From NCBI RefSeq assembly GCF_006345805.1, contig NW_021826165.1, positions 1 to 13,416 on the forward strand: a stretch of DNA of 13,416 bases. The letters run 5' to 3'. Of the stretch, positions 1-8,061 are shown one piece after another. The notes beneath the pieces are model-generated. The model was not told where the DNA came from, searched no databases, and saw only the letters and a program-made list of their open reading frames with translations. Position 1 is the first letter of the stretch; every line of letters starts with the position of its first letter. Both the position numbers and the translations under genes were made by a program. The stretch comes from Octopus sinensis (lineage: Eukaryota).

Positions 1-41
1 GTCATATAACTTGAACAGATTCCTAAACATTTTGTATTTCA

Positions 42-42
<1 letters not shown>

Positions 43-81
<39 letters not shown>

Positions 82-147
82 GATCGATCGGTCAGTTGGT
101 TTGTTTATCTATCCATCTATCTATCTGTGAATGTCAGTCAATTTCTG

Positions 148-178
<31 letters not shown>

Positions 179-345
179 ATGTATGTATGTATGTATGTAT
201 GTATGCATGCGTACATGTATGGATGTATTTATGTACTTAGATATCTTCTTACCTACCTACTTACCTACCTACCTGCTTACCTACCTACCTACCTACCTAC
301 CTATCTATCTACCAACCGACCTACCTACATATCTATCTATCTATC

Positions 346-378
<33 letters not shown>

Positions 379-510
379 CTATCTATCTATCTACCATCAA
401 TCTATCTAGCTATTCATCTATACATCTCTCTATCAATTTATTTATCTGTCCATCAATACATGTACCTATCCATCTATCCATCAATTTATCTATCTATCCA
501 CCTCTCTATC
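43..510. repeat. Compound tetranucleotide microsatellite (TGTC)n/(TATC)n/(TATG)n/(TACC)n
   Basis: Successive tracts are visible directly and explain ORFs 96..590 and 131..409. Confidence 0.95.
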
Positions 511-744
511 TATCCTTCCCTAGTAATTTAGACTTACAGCACTGTTTATCCACCTCAGTCTTTTCCAGTCCATCATTACAGAAAAAATAGCCGAATGACA
601 ACTTTCTTATAACCATTTTGAAGAAACTCTTTCTTATGATCGAACAATTTGTCATGAATTTGTCTATGAAGATCGTATAAATTCCCAAAGACAAGCTACA
701 GCGCAGTGAGAACGTATGAGGAGATGTATGCCACATCAAGAACA

Positions 745-1050
745 AATACAGCCATTTTGGCAAGCAGATACCGAGAGACACTATTAACTTCGCCAAAGAC
801 TTTCGGAAGGACAAAATAGAAACTGTAGCAGAATATGAGCTTCGACATAGTAATATCTTATCGCCTCTCGTATTAGTACATAGAATATTACTTATTCTGG
901 GTCTACAACTATGGGCACAAGTGTTTTATAATTGGAACAGATCCGAAAGCTTATATTTTACCAAATAATTCAAAACTTAAAGATTTTATCTTCATGACAC
1001 TTTCGGAATTATTCTGCGAACCAGTTTGCTGAGAGGTTTGGAGCAGCTGA
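745..1050 (+). pseudogene. Possible heavily decayed RTE-like LINE ORF fragment (region C-terminal to the RT core)
   Basis: Manual translation across frameshifts and stops gives TFGRTK*KL*QN, LVLVHRILLILGLQLWA, LPNNSKLKDFIFMTLSELF and ILRTSLLRGLEQLTNHKIP (the last reads into the TSD at 1051). The order matches RTE-type motifs AFGRL..RLW.N, V...LLYG.ETW, PN.EVL and LRW.GHV....RIP. Similarity is weak and judged by eye. Confidence 0.35.
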
Positions 1051-1066
1051 CTAATCACAAAATACC

Positions 1067-1296
1067 TATTTCTTTATTACCCACAAGGGGCTAAACACAG
1101 AGGGGACAAACAAGGACAGACATAGGTATTAAGTCGATTACATCGACCCCAGTGCGTAACTGGTACTTAATTTATCGACCCCGAAAGGATGAAAAGCAAA
1201 GTCGACCTCGGCGGAATTCGAACTCACAACGTAACGCAGACGAAATACCGCTAAGCATTTCGCCCGGCGTGCTAACGTTTCTGCCAGCTCGCCGCC
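1067..1296 (-). mobile_element. Full-length tRNA-derived SINE, family A, with 16-bp target-site duplication
   Basis: Minus strand starts GGCGGCGAGCTGGCAGAAACGTTAG (A-box-like), has B box GTTCGAATTCC (1223-1213), central TTTCATCCTTTCGGGGTCGATAAATTAAGTACCAG (recalled as Meta/MESC-type domain) and an A-rich end. Direct repeat CTAATCACAAAATACC at 1051-1066 and 1296-1311. Confidence 0.9.
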
Positions 1297-1480
1297 TAAT
1301 CACAAAATACCAATTATATCTCACTCTTGACACTTATTAGTGTCATTGGAAGGAGGATCATATGAGTCTATCTAGCCGTATGTAGGTACCACATTGTAGT
1401 TTAATTCACTGCATTGTGTCCATAACTGTGTCCACTGTTTTGTATCCCACACACTTAACAGTCAACAGTCCAGCCTACAG

Positions 1481-1708
1481 AGCTGTAACATCACCAGCTT
1501 GCCAATTCTATTGTAACACCTGTAACATCATTAGCCAACCAGTTCTGTTGTAACAGCTGTCGCATCACCAATCTACCAGTTCTGCTGTAGCACTTGTAAC
1601 ATCATTAATCGACCAGTTCTATTGTAACAGCTGTAACACCACTAATCCACCAGTTCTGCTGTAACGGTTGTAACATTTCTAATCTACCAGTTCTGTAGTA
1701 ACAGCTGT
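1481..1708 (+). repeat. 37-bp minisatellite, six units plus a partial unit
   Basis: Units like AGCTGTAACATCACYAATCTACCAGTTCTRYTGTAAC start at 1481, 1518, 1555, 1592, 1629 and 1666; partial unit at 1703. Confidence 0.92.
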
Positions 1709-2333
1709 GTGGAGGCGCAATGGCCCAGTGGTTAGGGTAGCAGACTCGCGGTCGTAAGAACGCGGTTTCGATTCCCATACCGGGCATTGTGAGTGTTTAT
1801 TGAGCAAAAACACCTAAGCTCCACGAAGCTCTGGCGGATGGGGAGGGACCCCGCTGTACTCTTTCACCACAACTTTCACTCTTTCTTTCTACTTCTGCCA
1901 CAAAGCAGAGGAACTATGGTGTAACCCACTATGGTGTGGTACACTTTCAGACCCTAGTCTAGACTGTGAATCCTCTGTACCCCAGGATGGTTCAGCTCTC
2001 CACCCGTTGAAAGCCACCGTTTACGGAATGAGGATAACAACGTAGCTTTCGCGCCCGTTCAACCGCCAGTCTATCGCATGTGGTGGTTGGATTTTCAGGT
2101 TGCCAGACGCATTCTTAGTAGCTTAGAGTAGGCACGAATTAGAGATTATTTTTTGTGGCTAATTGCGTGAGTCCTGATTAGAAGAAGAAGAAGAAGAAGA
2201 AGAAGAGAAGGAGGAGGAGGAGAGGAGGAGAAGAAGGATGAGGAGGAGGAGAAGAAGGATGAGGAGGAGGAGAAGAAGAAGAAGGAGGAGAAGGAGAAAA
2301 AGTAGTAGTAGAAGAAGAAGAAGAAGAAGAAGA
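1709..2333 (+). mobile_element. tRNA-derived SINE, family B head plus unique ~290-bp body and (GAA/GGA)n tail
   Basis: A box TGGCCCAGTGG at 1721-1731 and B box GGTTTCGATTCC at 1764-1775. 1709-~1890 matches the heads of the minus-strand copies at 5450-5810 and 5824-6100. Flanked by AGTAACAGCTGT (1697-1708) and AGTGACAGCTGT (2334-2345). Confidence 0.8.
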
Positions 2334-2335
2334 AG
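2180..2335 (+). repeat. (GAA)n/(GGA)n polypurine tract
   Basis: Directly visible; likely the expanded tail of the SINE starting at 1709. Confidence 0.95.
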
Positions 2336-2339
2336 TGAC

Positions 2340-2376
2340 AGCTGTAATATCGCTGGTCTACCAGCTGTGTTGTAAC
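2340..2376 (+). repeat. Displaced seventh unit of the 37-bp minisatellite
   Basis: AGCTGTAATATCGCTGGTCTACCAGCTGTGTTGTAAC aligns without gaps to the units at 1481-1702. Confidence 0.8.
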
Positions 2377-2988
2377 TCATTGTTAAGCCCAGTAACATCA
2401 CGAACCTAGCGGATAACCGCTTGTCCTTACTATCATGAAGTAAGCTTTCAAGAGGGATGGCCAGCGTTAGGTTGGTTTATTCCTCTTCATAAACTGCACG
2501 AATATGCGTTTGTTTTTCAGCCGGCGCCTCTTAGAAACAACAGCTTATGACGCACTACGTACATTTCCTGCAGCCATACATGACTCCTATTTTTGTCGCT
2601 GCTCTTGTTATTGTAGTCGTGTTATTATTGCTGTATACCAGTAATTTATACGGTCAAACATTGCTTCCCCACAGCAGTGGATACTGATTATTTATTTATT
2701 TTAAATTACAAAGACAACCACTTCTTCGTTGAATACGAAGTGGAAAAAGGTTTTCTCGTTCTGCCAATTTAGGTGCACAAATTCTTTAGTTAAGTACTTT
2801 CGCAGATCGAAGGAAATGGTTTAAAGAGCAAAAAACACATAAATGTGAATGAATAAAAGTAAATAGGGAATATAACAAACAAACAAACAAACAAAAAGGA
2901 AGATAGAAACGAGAGAAAAACTCCGTACTGAAGAAACTTTCAGGCGCATATTTTGTTGTTTGTTTTTGTCTGTTAAAAGACAGGATTT

Positions 2989-3098
2989 AAAGAGGAGACG
3001 GAAGACGAGAAGAGAAGAAAGAGGAGGAAAAAGGGGGAAGAAGAGAGAATAAGGGTAGAAGAGGAAAAAGGAAGAGGGGGAAGAAGAAGAAGAAGAAG

Positions 3099-3129
<31 letters not shown>

Positions 3130-3147
3130 GGGGAGGGGAAAAAAGGG
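2989..3147 (+). repeat. Polypurine tract including a pure (GAA)n run
   Basis: Directly visible; pure run at about 3080-3128. Confidence 0.93.
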
Positions 3148-3223
3148 TATTTGAATCTAATGATTTCTGTTGGGTTTTCGTCATTTGTAATATCCTTCTT
3201 CGGTGCCTTTGTGGCAAATAAAT

Positions 3224-3260
3224 CACTACCACCACCACCACCACAACCACCACCACCACC

Positions 3261-3337
<77 letters not shown>

Positions 3338-3338
3338 C
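3224..3338 (+). repeat. Compound (CCA)n(CAA)n(CTA)n microsatellite
   Basis: Directly visible; explains ORFs 2987..3340 and 3151..3432. Confidence 0.95.
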
Positions 3339-3339
3339 A

Positions 3340-3470
3340 AGGGCTGTAGAGTGCCGAGCTAATTGCCTTGAGGTATTCCGTTATGCCGTCGGTTTCGACG
3401 ATTTATCCTTCGTTCCAGAGTCGATACAATAACCAACCAAGCAGTGGATTACATACATCGCCCGACCTCC
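3340..3470 (+). mobile_element. Decayed family A SINE copy
   Basis: GTGCCGAGCTAATTGCCTTGAGGTATTCCG resembles ACGCCGGGCGAAATGCTTAGCGGTATTTCG, and TTTATCCTTCGTTCCAGAGTCGATACAATAA resembles TTTCATCCTTTCGGGGTCGATAAATTAA of the 1067-1296 copy. Confidence 0.5.
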
Positions 3471-3574
3471 AACCTCCCCCCCCCCCCCCACACGTCTTCT
3501 TATAGAATTTTTTAACTACAAATAGAGTCTATCCAATGAGGCCCATTATTTCTACCGGACAAAAAAAAAAAAAA

Positions 3575-3663
3575 AGACAGCATTTCTTACTGCTCTTCGT
3601 GTTCTGAGTTCGAGTCCCGCTGAGCTTGACTTGGCTTTCATCCTTTTGGGAGCGATAAATTAA
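3575..3663 (+). mobile_element. Family A SINE, 5' part (interrupted by a family C SINE)
   Basis: GTTCTGAGTTCGAGTCCCGCTGAGCTTGACTTGGCTTTCATCCTTTTGGGAGCGATAAATTAA aligns to the reverse complement of about 1167-1230. Confidence 0.8.
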
Positions 3664-3885
3664 GACGCAGGAGTGGTTGCGTGTTAAGTGGCCTGCTTAG
3701 CAACCACATGGTTCCGGGTTTAATCCCACTGCGTGGCACCTTGGGCAAGTGTCTTCTACTATAGCCTCGGACCGACCAAAGCTTTGTGTGTGGATTTGGT
3801 AGACGGAAACTGAAAGAAGTCCGTCGTATACATATATATATGCGTGTGCGTGTGTGTGTGTGTGTGTGTATGTGTGTGTGTATAC

Positions 3886-3932
<47 letters not shown>

Positions 3933-4151
3933 CACATGTTTGTGTGTCTGTGTGTCCCCAACATCGCTTGACAACCGATGCTGGTGTGTTTATGTCCCTG
4001 TCACTTAGTGGTTCGGCAAGAGAGACCTATAGAATAAGTATTAGGCTTACAAAGAATAAGTCCCGGGGGCGATTTGTTCGACTGAAAGGTGCTCCAGCAT
4101 GGCCGCAGTCAAATGACTGAAACAAATATGAGAATAAAGGAATAAAAGAAT
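3664..4151 (+). mobile_element. tRNA-derived CORE-like SINE, family C, with internal (TA/TG)n microsatellite
   Basis: Head GACGCAGGAGTGG, B-box-like GGTTTAATCCC, CORE-like GTGGCACCTTGGGCAAGTGTC, microsatellite at ~3826-3950 and an A-rich GAATAAA tail. Collinear with 10688-11168 and 12626-13100. Confidence 0.9.
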
Positions 4152-4200
4152 ATCAGTTGAGCACAGGGGTGAACGTTATCGACTTCCCCTCCTCTCAAAA
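4152..4200 (+). mobile_element. Family A SINE, 3' continuation
   Basis: ATCAGTTGAGCACAGGGGTGAACGTTATCGACTT resembles ACCAGTTACGCACTGGGGTCGATGTAATCGACTT, which follows GATAAATTAAGT in the intact copy. Confidence 0.7.
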
Positions 4201-4202
4201 CA

Positions 4203-4424
4203 CACAGTGACAGCTGGGGATTTGAAACGATACAGGAGGGTTCGAAACGATATATGCATGATGGCCAAGAAGTGTCATCTGTTGTTTGGCGAAATCGTGT
4301 ATGTAATATCTGTGCCAAAAAGTGTGGGTCACTCTCCGGCCTGAAAAGTCACGCCCTGGCACATGAGGCAAATTCGGAAGAGCTTTAGGCGATGACTATA
4401 TTCGAGAACGAGGAAGCCGCGACC
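4203..4424 (+). mobile_element. 3' end of an RTE-like LINE: ORF C-terminus with a C2H2 finger, stop codon and short 3' UTR
   Basis: Frame 4203-4388 reads HSDSWGFETIQEGSKRYMHDGQEVSSVVWRNRVCNICAKKCGSLSGLKSHALAHEANSEEL*. C-x2-C-x12-H-x3-H at 4302-4364 has the S..GL.SH signature of RTE C-terminal fingers. A 36-nt UTR follows, then (ATCT)n. Confidence 0.75.
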
Positions 4425-4425
4425 A

Positions 4426-4497
<72 letters not shown>

Positions 4498-4627
4498 GAT
4501 CTATCTATCTATCTATCTACCTACCTATCCACCTACATATCTATCTATCGCTCCATATAGGTGCATAGCTATATATATGTATGTATGTATGTATGTATAT
4601 GTATCTCTCTCTCTCTCTCTCTCTCTC

Positions 4628-4660
<33 letters not shown>
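4425..4660. repeat. Compound (ATCT)n/(ATGT)n/(CT)n/(TA)n microsatellite
   Basis: Directly visible. Confidence 0.95.
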
Positions 4661-4666
<6 letters not shown>

Positions 4667-4842
4667 GGAAAAGTGGGCAGTCAGAATTTCGGATAATTCT
4701 TTATTAGCACTTTCGTTCGTTTAACTGAACTCTTCAAGATGAAACCAAGATCTTGGGTTTATTTCGAAGATTTCGGTTAAACGAACGAAAGCGCCAATAA
4801 AGAATTATCCAAAATTCTGACTGCCCACTTTTTCTTAGTATA
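4659..4842. mobile_element. Spacerless palindrome with ~92-bp arms, probably an inverted Penelope-like pseudo-LTR remnant or foldback element
   Basis: Centre lies between 4750 and 4751 (CCAAGA|TCTTGG). 4661-4750 versus the reverse complement of 4751-4840 is 78/90 identical with no indels. It abuts (TA)n. The palindrome is certain; the Penelope assignment is inference. Confidence 0.7.
4699..4744 (-). ncRNA. Degenerate minimal hammerhead-ribozyme-like motif (mirror copy at 4757-4802 on +)
   Basis: Minus strand: TTTCATC-TTGAAGA-GTTC-AGTTAAAC-GAAC-GAAA-GTGC-TA-ATAAAG. Plus-strand mirror: GTTTATT-TCGAAGA-TTTC-GGTTAAAC-GAAC-GAAA-GCGC-CA-ATAAAG. Layout is CUGANGA-like box, stem II, GAAA, palindromic stem III, UH, but the first box is non-canonical in both copies. 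Confidence 0.45.
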
Positions 4843-4863
4843 CATTATCTGTACACCACTTCA

Positions 4864-4925
4864 AACACACACACGCACGCACGCACGCACGCACACACAC
4901 CACACACACACACACCACACACACA
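4864..4925 (+). repeat. (CA)n/(CACG)n microsatellite
   Basis: Directly visible. Confidence 0.93.
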
Positions 4926-5132
4926 GAATTTAAGAACATGAACACTTCCCCTCCCCACTCCCTGAAAACCACTCCATAATTACAAACAGATTACAGAATT
5001 CAAAAAAAAATTGATTAGTTTTTCATTTGTTCTTGTTGTTAGGTTTGAAGCAGGACTTGGTGGAACTCCCTGTTTTTAGGGGCTGGTGGTGTAAAGTGTT
5101 TTAATGTTCTTCTCGACTTCATTGGTAAAGGA

Positions 5133-5262
5133 TTGGTGGTAGTGGTTGTGGTAGTGAGTGTGAGTGTGAGAGTGGTCTCCTATTGTTGTTGCTGTTGTTG
5201 TTGGTGGTGGTGGGGGCAGTCGCAGTAGTGGTGCTGGTGTTGGTGGTGGTGGTGGTTGTTGA
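5133..5262 (+). repeat. Degenerate (GGT)n/(GTT)n low-complexity tract
   Basis: Directly visible; explains the Pro/Thr-rich ORFs 5076..5294 and 5119..5364. Confidence 0.85.
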
Positions 5263-5449
5263 GGCGGATGTTTTGGGAGTTCGAATAGAGTCATCTTTGT
5301 TGTAAGTGTCGCCGGCGTGGGGAGTGTTAATCTTTCCGGCGAAAGCGTTGTTGTTTAGTGTCATTGAGAGTAGTAGTGGTGGTCATGGTGGTGGTACTGG
5401 TAGTATGATTCGTAGCGGAACTGGTAGCAGCTGTGCCACTACTAGAGTT

Positions 5450-5810
5450 GTCACGACGAGGGTTCCAGTTGATCCTATCACCGGAACAGCCTCCTCGTGA
5501 AATTAACGTGCAAGTGGCTGAGTACTCCACAGACACGTGTACCTTTAATGTAGTTTTCAGAGAGACATAGAGTATGACTTACAAGGCTGGCCCCTTTTGA
5601 AATACAGGAACAACAGAAACAGGAAGAAAGAGTGAGAGAAAGTTGTGGTGAAAGAGTACAGCAGGGTTCACCACCCGCCCCGGCTTGATCTTCGTGGAGC
5701 TTTCGGTGTTTTCGCTCAATAAACACTCACAACGCCCGGTCTGGGAATCGAAACTGCGACTCTACGACCGCGAGTCCGCTGCCCTAACCCCTGGGCCATT
5801 GCGCCTACAC
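5450..5810 (-). mobile_element. Family B SINE with body type 2
   Basis: Minus strand GTGTAGGCGCAATGGCCCAGGGGTTAGGGC...GTTTCGATTCCC...CTGTACTCTTTCACCACAACTTTC matches the 1709 head. Body is ...CTACATTAAAGGTACACGTGTCTGTGGAGTACTCAGCCACTTGCAC... Flanked by ACTAGAGTT at 5441-5449 and 5811-5819. Confidence 0.88.
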
Positions 5811-5823
5811 ACTAGAGTTAATA

Positions 5824-6100
5824 GTATCGTATGCGCCCTTTTCAAGCCTAGCCAGGCTCATGGGCCCGGTTTCCCGGTATCTGTGGCGTATGTGCCCCCC
5901 ACGCCAGTCCATCGCAGCGTTTCTCAGGAAACAGGAAGAGAGAGTGAGAGAAAGTTGGGGCGAAAGAGTGCAACAGGAGCCTCGTGGGGCTTTAGGTGTT
6001 TTCGCTCAATAAACACACACAACGCCCGGTCTGGGAATCGAAACCGCGATCCTCCGACCGCGCGTCTGCTGCCCTAACCACTGGGCCATTGCGCCTACAC
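5824..6100 (-). mobile_element. Family B SINE with body type 3 (V-domain-like)
   Basis: Same head, then body CTGCGATGGACTGGCG...GCCACAGATACCGGGAAACCGGGCCCATGAGCC (recalled as V-SINE-like). Flanked by ACTAGAGTTAATA at 5811-5823 and 6101-6113. Confidence 0.88.
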
Positions 6101-6695
6101 ACTAGAGTTAATATAATAGTATAACAGTATATGTAGTAGTAGAAGTAGTAGTGGTGGTAATGGTGTGAAAACTGGAGATGTTGTTTACTGCTGTGAACTT
6201 AGCCGTTGCCATGTTTTTCTTACAAAGCGAAGTGACAGCGGTGTAATATACCGGACACTCAACTCGAACTCGCAAACACGTCTGGGTATATAGTATATAT
6301 GAAGTAGTTGAAAAACCAGAAGCTTTTAGCAGATGAACACTGCAGCCTCTGGCTTTTCAATCTTACACACACAGTATGTAATAGTAATAAACTTTATTCT
6401 CTACAGACGCTTCTGTTGCATAATTCCAGTTTTATTCTGCTTATGCCTCAACTTTGTAAACTGGCGTGTAGCTTATACACTATCGCTATATACGTCAAAT
6501 GAACTGGTTCTATTTCGTTTCGGAAGTGATAAGAGTACGTGACACTGAGAAGCTGCAACAACGACGAAATGCGTACCTGTCGCACTCGCAGTAACTTCAG
6601 GGCAAATTCTTTTCGCCCACCCCTGAGATATATTGAGTTTCTTAACACAATATGTTTATATAAGGATTTTTACTGGACGAAAATATTGGCAAAAA

Positions 6696-6805
<110 letters not shown>

Positions 6806-6829
6806 CTGTTGAGCTCTAAGAAGTGGTAA

Positions 6830-6968
6830 ATCAAATCGCACCAAGCTCAACTTTATGTTATATCCTTTCGGGACGGTGTCAAGAAAACTGAGTACCAGTC
6901 ATGTACTGGTTTCGTTATAATCAACAACTCCATCCCCAATAACTACCCCTATGTCAAATTTTGAAACT
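6830..6968 (+). mobile_element. Decayed family A SINE copy, 3' part
   Basis: CAACTTTATGTTATATCCTTTCGGG...TGAGTACCAGTCATGTACTGGTTTCGTTATAATCAAC resembles CGACTTTGCTTTTCATCCTTTCGGGG...TAAGTACCAGTTACGCACTGGGGTCGATGTAATCGAC; followed by (ATT)n. Confidence 0.6.
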
Positions 6969-6993
6969 ATTATTATTATTACTATTATTATTA

Positions 6994-7029
<36 letters not shown>

Positions 7030-7044
7030 GTTGTTGTTGTTGTT
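6968..7044 (+). repeat. (ATT)n(GTT)n microsatellite
   Basis: Directly visible. Confidence 0.95.
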
Positions 7045-7054
7045 GGCTTTTCAT

Positions 7055-7228
7055 CAATACCTTACAATATACCACACTATACCATATTGCTCCACATTAA
7101 AGTACACGATATACCAGACTCTATTACACTACACCAGATTAAATTACACCGCAACATACAACACCACTCCATACTGCAGCACGTTATTCCATAACACACA
7201 CCACTGCACGACAATACAACTCACCACT
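7055..7228 (+). repeat. Highly degenerate ~5-bp-period (ACACT/ATACC-like) repeat
   Basis: G-poor tract with recurring ACAAT, ATACC, ACACT and ACACC units. Confidence 0.6.
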
Positions 7229-7309
7229 TACAAGATGATCACGGATGGAACGCATTTCACAATTCCTTTCAGCTATAGCTGACCCGGAGGTAAGCAATAG
7301 TTAACATAA

Positions 7310-8038
7310 TTATGTGCTCCTGCTTAGTTTTGTTACATGCTGCGATACACGCTGCCACACATTTTGTTACATGTTATGTCATACGTTGTGTCACACACTG
7401 TGCTACATACCGCGTCACATTTCGTGCCATAAGTCAAATACTGTGCACATGCCGTGTTACATACCGTGTCATACACTGTGTTGCACTGCCATGTCACACA
7501 CTGTCATACATTGTGTTTTGTATCCTGTCACATACTATGTCACAAGCTGTCACAAACACCTTGTCACATATCGTGTCACACAGATTCTGCCTGAGGATCA
7601 CATTAAGGGTACACGTATCTACGAGATAGTGACGAGCTTACAATGTCCTTTATGTGCTTCTGTTTAGTTTTGTTACAAGCTGTGGTACACGCTGTCACAC
7701 ATTTTGTTATTATATCACATGTCGAGTCCCGCATTGTGCTACATATTGTGTCACATGCCGTGTTACGTACGTACATACCGTGTCACGTACACACACACCA
7801 TGTCACTCATTGTGCTGCGTACCGCGTCACATTTTGTGCCATAATATGTCACATATGTCACACACCATGTTACATACTGTGTCATACACTATACCGCATT
7901 GTCATACATTGTGCTATTGTATCATGTCACAACCCGTGTCACACACTATGTCACAAGCTGCCGTGTTACAGATTCTACCTGAGGATCACATTAAGGATAC
8001 ATGTATCTACAGAATATTGTCGAGATCACAATATCATT
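7310..8038 (+). repeat. Tandem duplication (7310-7649, 7650-8038), each copy containing a ~12-bp TGTCACAYACYG minisatellite
   Basis: Both copies start TTATGTGCTYCTGYTTAGTTTTGTTACA and end CAGATTCTRCCTGAGGATCACATTAAGGRTACAYGTATCTAC...ACAATRTCMTT; the interiors are variable 12-mer arrays. Confidence 0.9.
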
Positions 8039-8061
8039 CAAAGACAGGATCTGTATCCGTT

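Noticed and set aside
96-590. 164-aa ORF and the other low-complexity ORFs (poly-L, V, Y, I, S, T; CV and HT repeats)
   Set aside because: They are translations of microsatellites that lack stops in some frames; no domain or splice support.
1481-1708. 37-bp repeats as a CRISPR array
   Set aside because: Units are head-to-tail with no unique spacers, there are no cas genes, and the context is eukaryotic.
1711-1790. Functional tRNA gene (also the other SINE heads)
   Set aside because: A and B boxes are present, but there is no good acceptor stem and each head runs into a SINE body.
2505-2645. Possible exon after TTTGTTTTTCAG (RRLLETTAYDAL...)
   Set aside because: No strong donor and no recognisable protein similarity.
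3638-3974. Similar ORFs at 3638..3964, 10683..10994 and 12461..12832 as a gene family
   Set aside because: They are antisense translations of family C SINE copies.
5019-5130. Good acceptor TTTTCATTTGTTCTTGTTGTTAG at 5042 as the start of a coding exon
   Set aside because: All three frames stop within 21 codons unless a weak donor is used, and the peptides are unrecognisable. Cannot be excluded without RNA data.
6595-6630. CAGGGGTGGGCGAAA (minus strand) as a transposon TIR
   Set aside because: No partner TIR found in the window.
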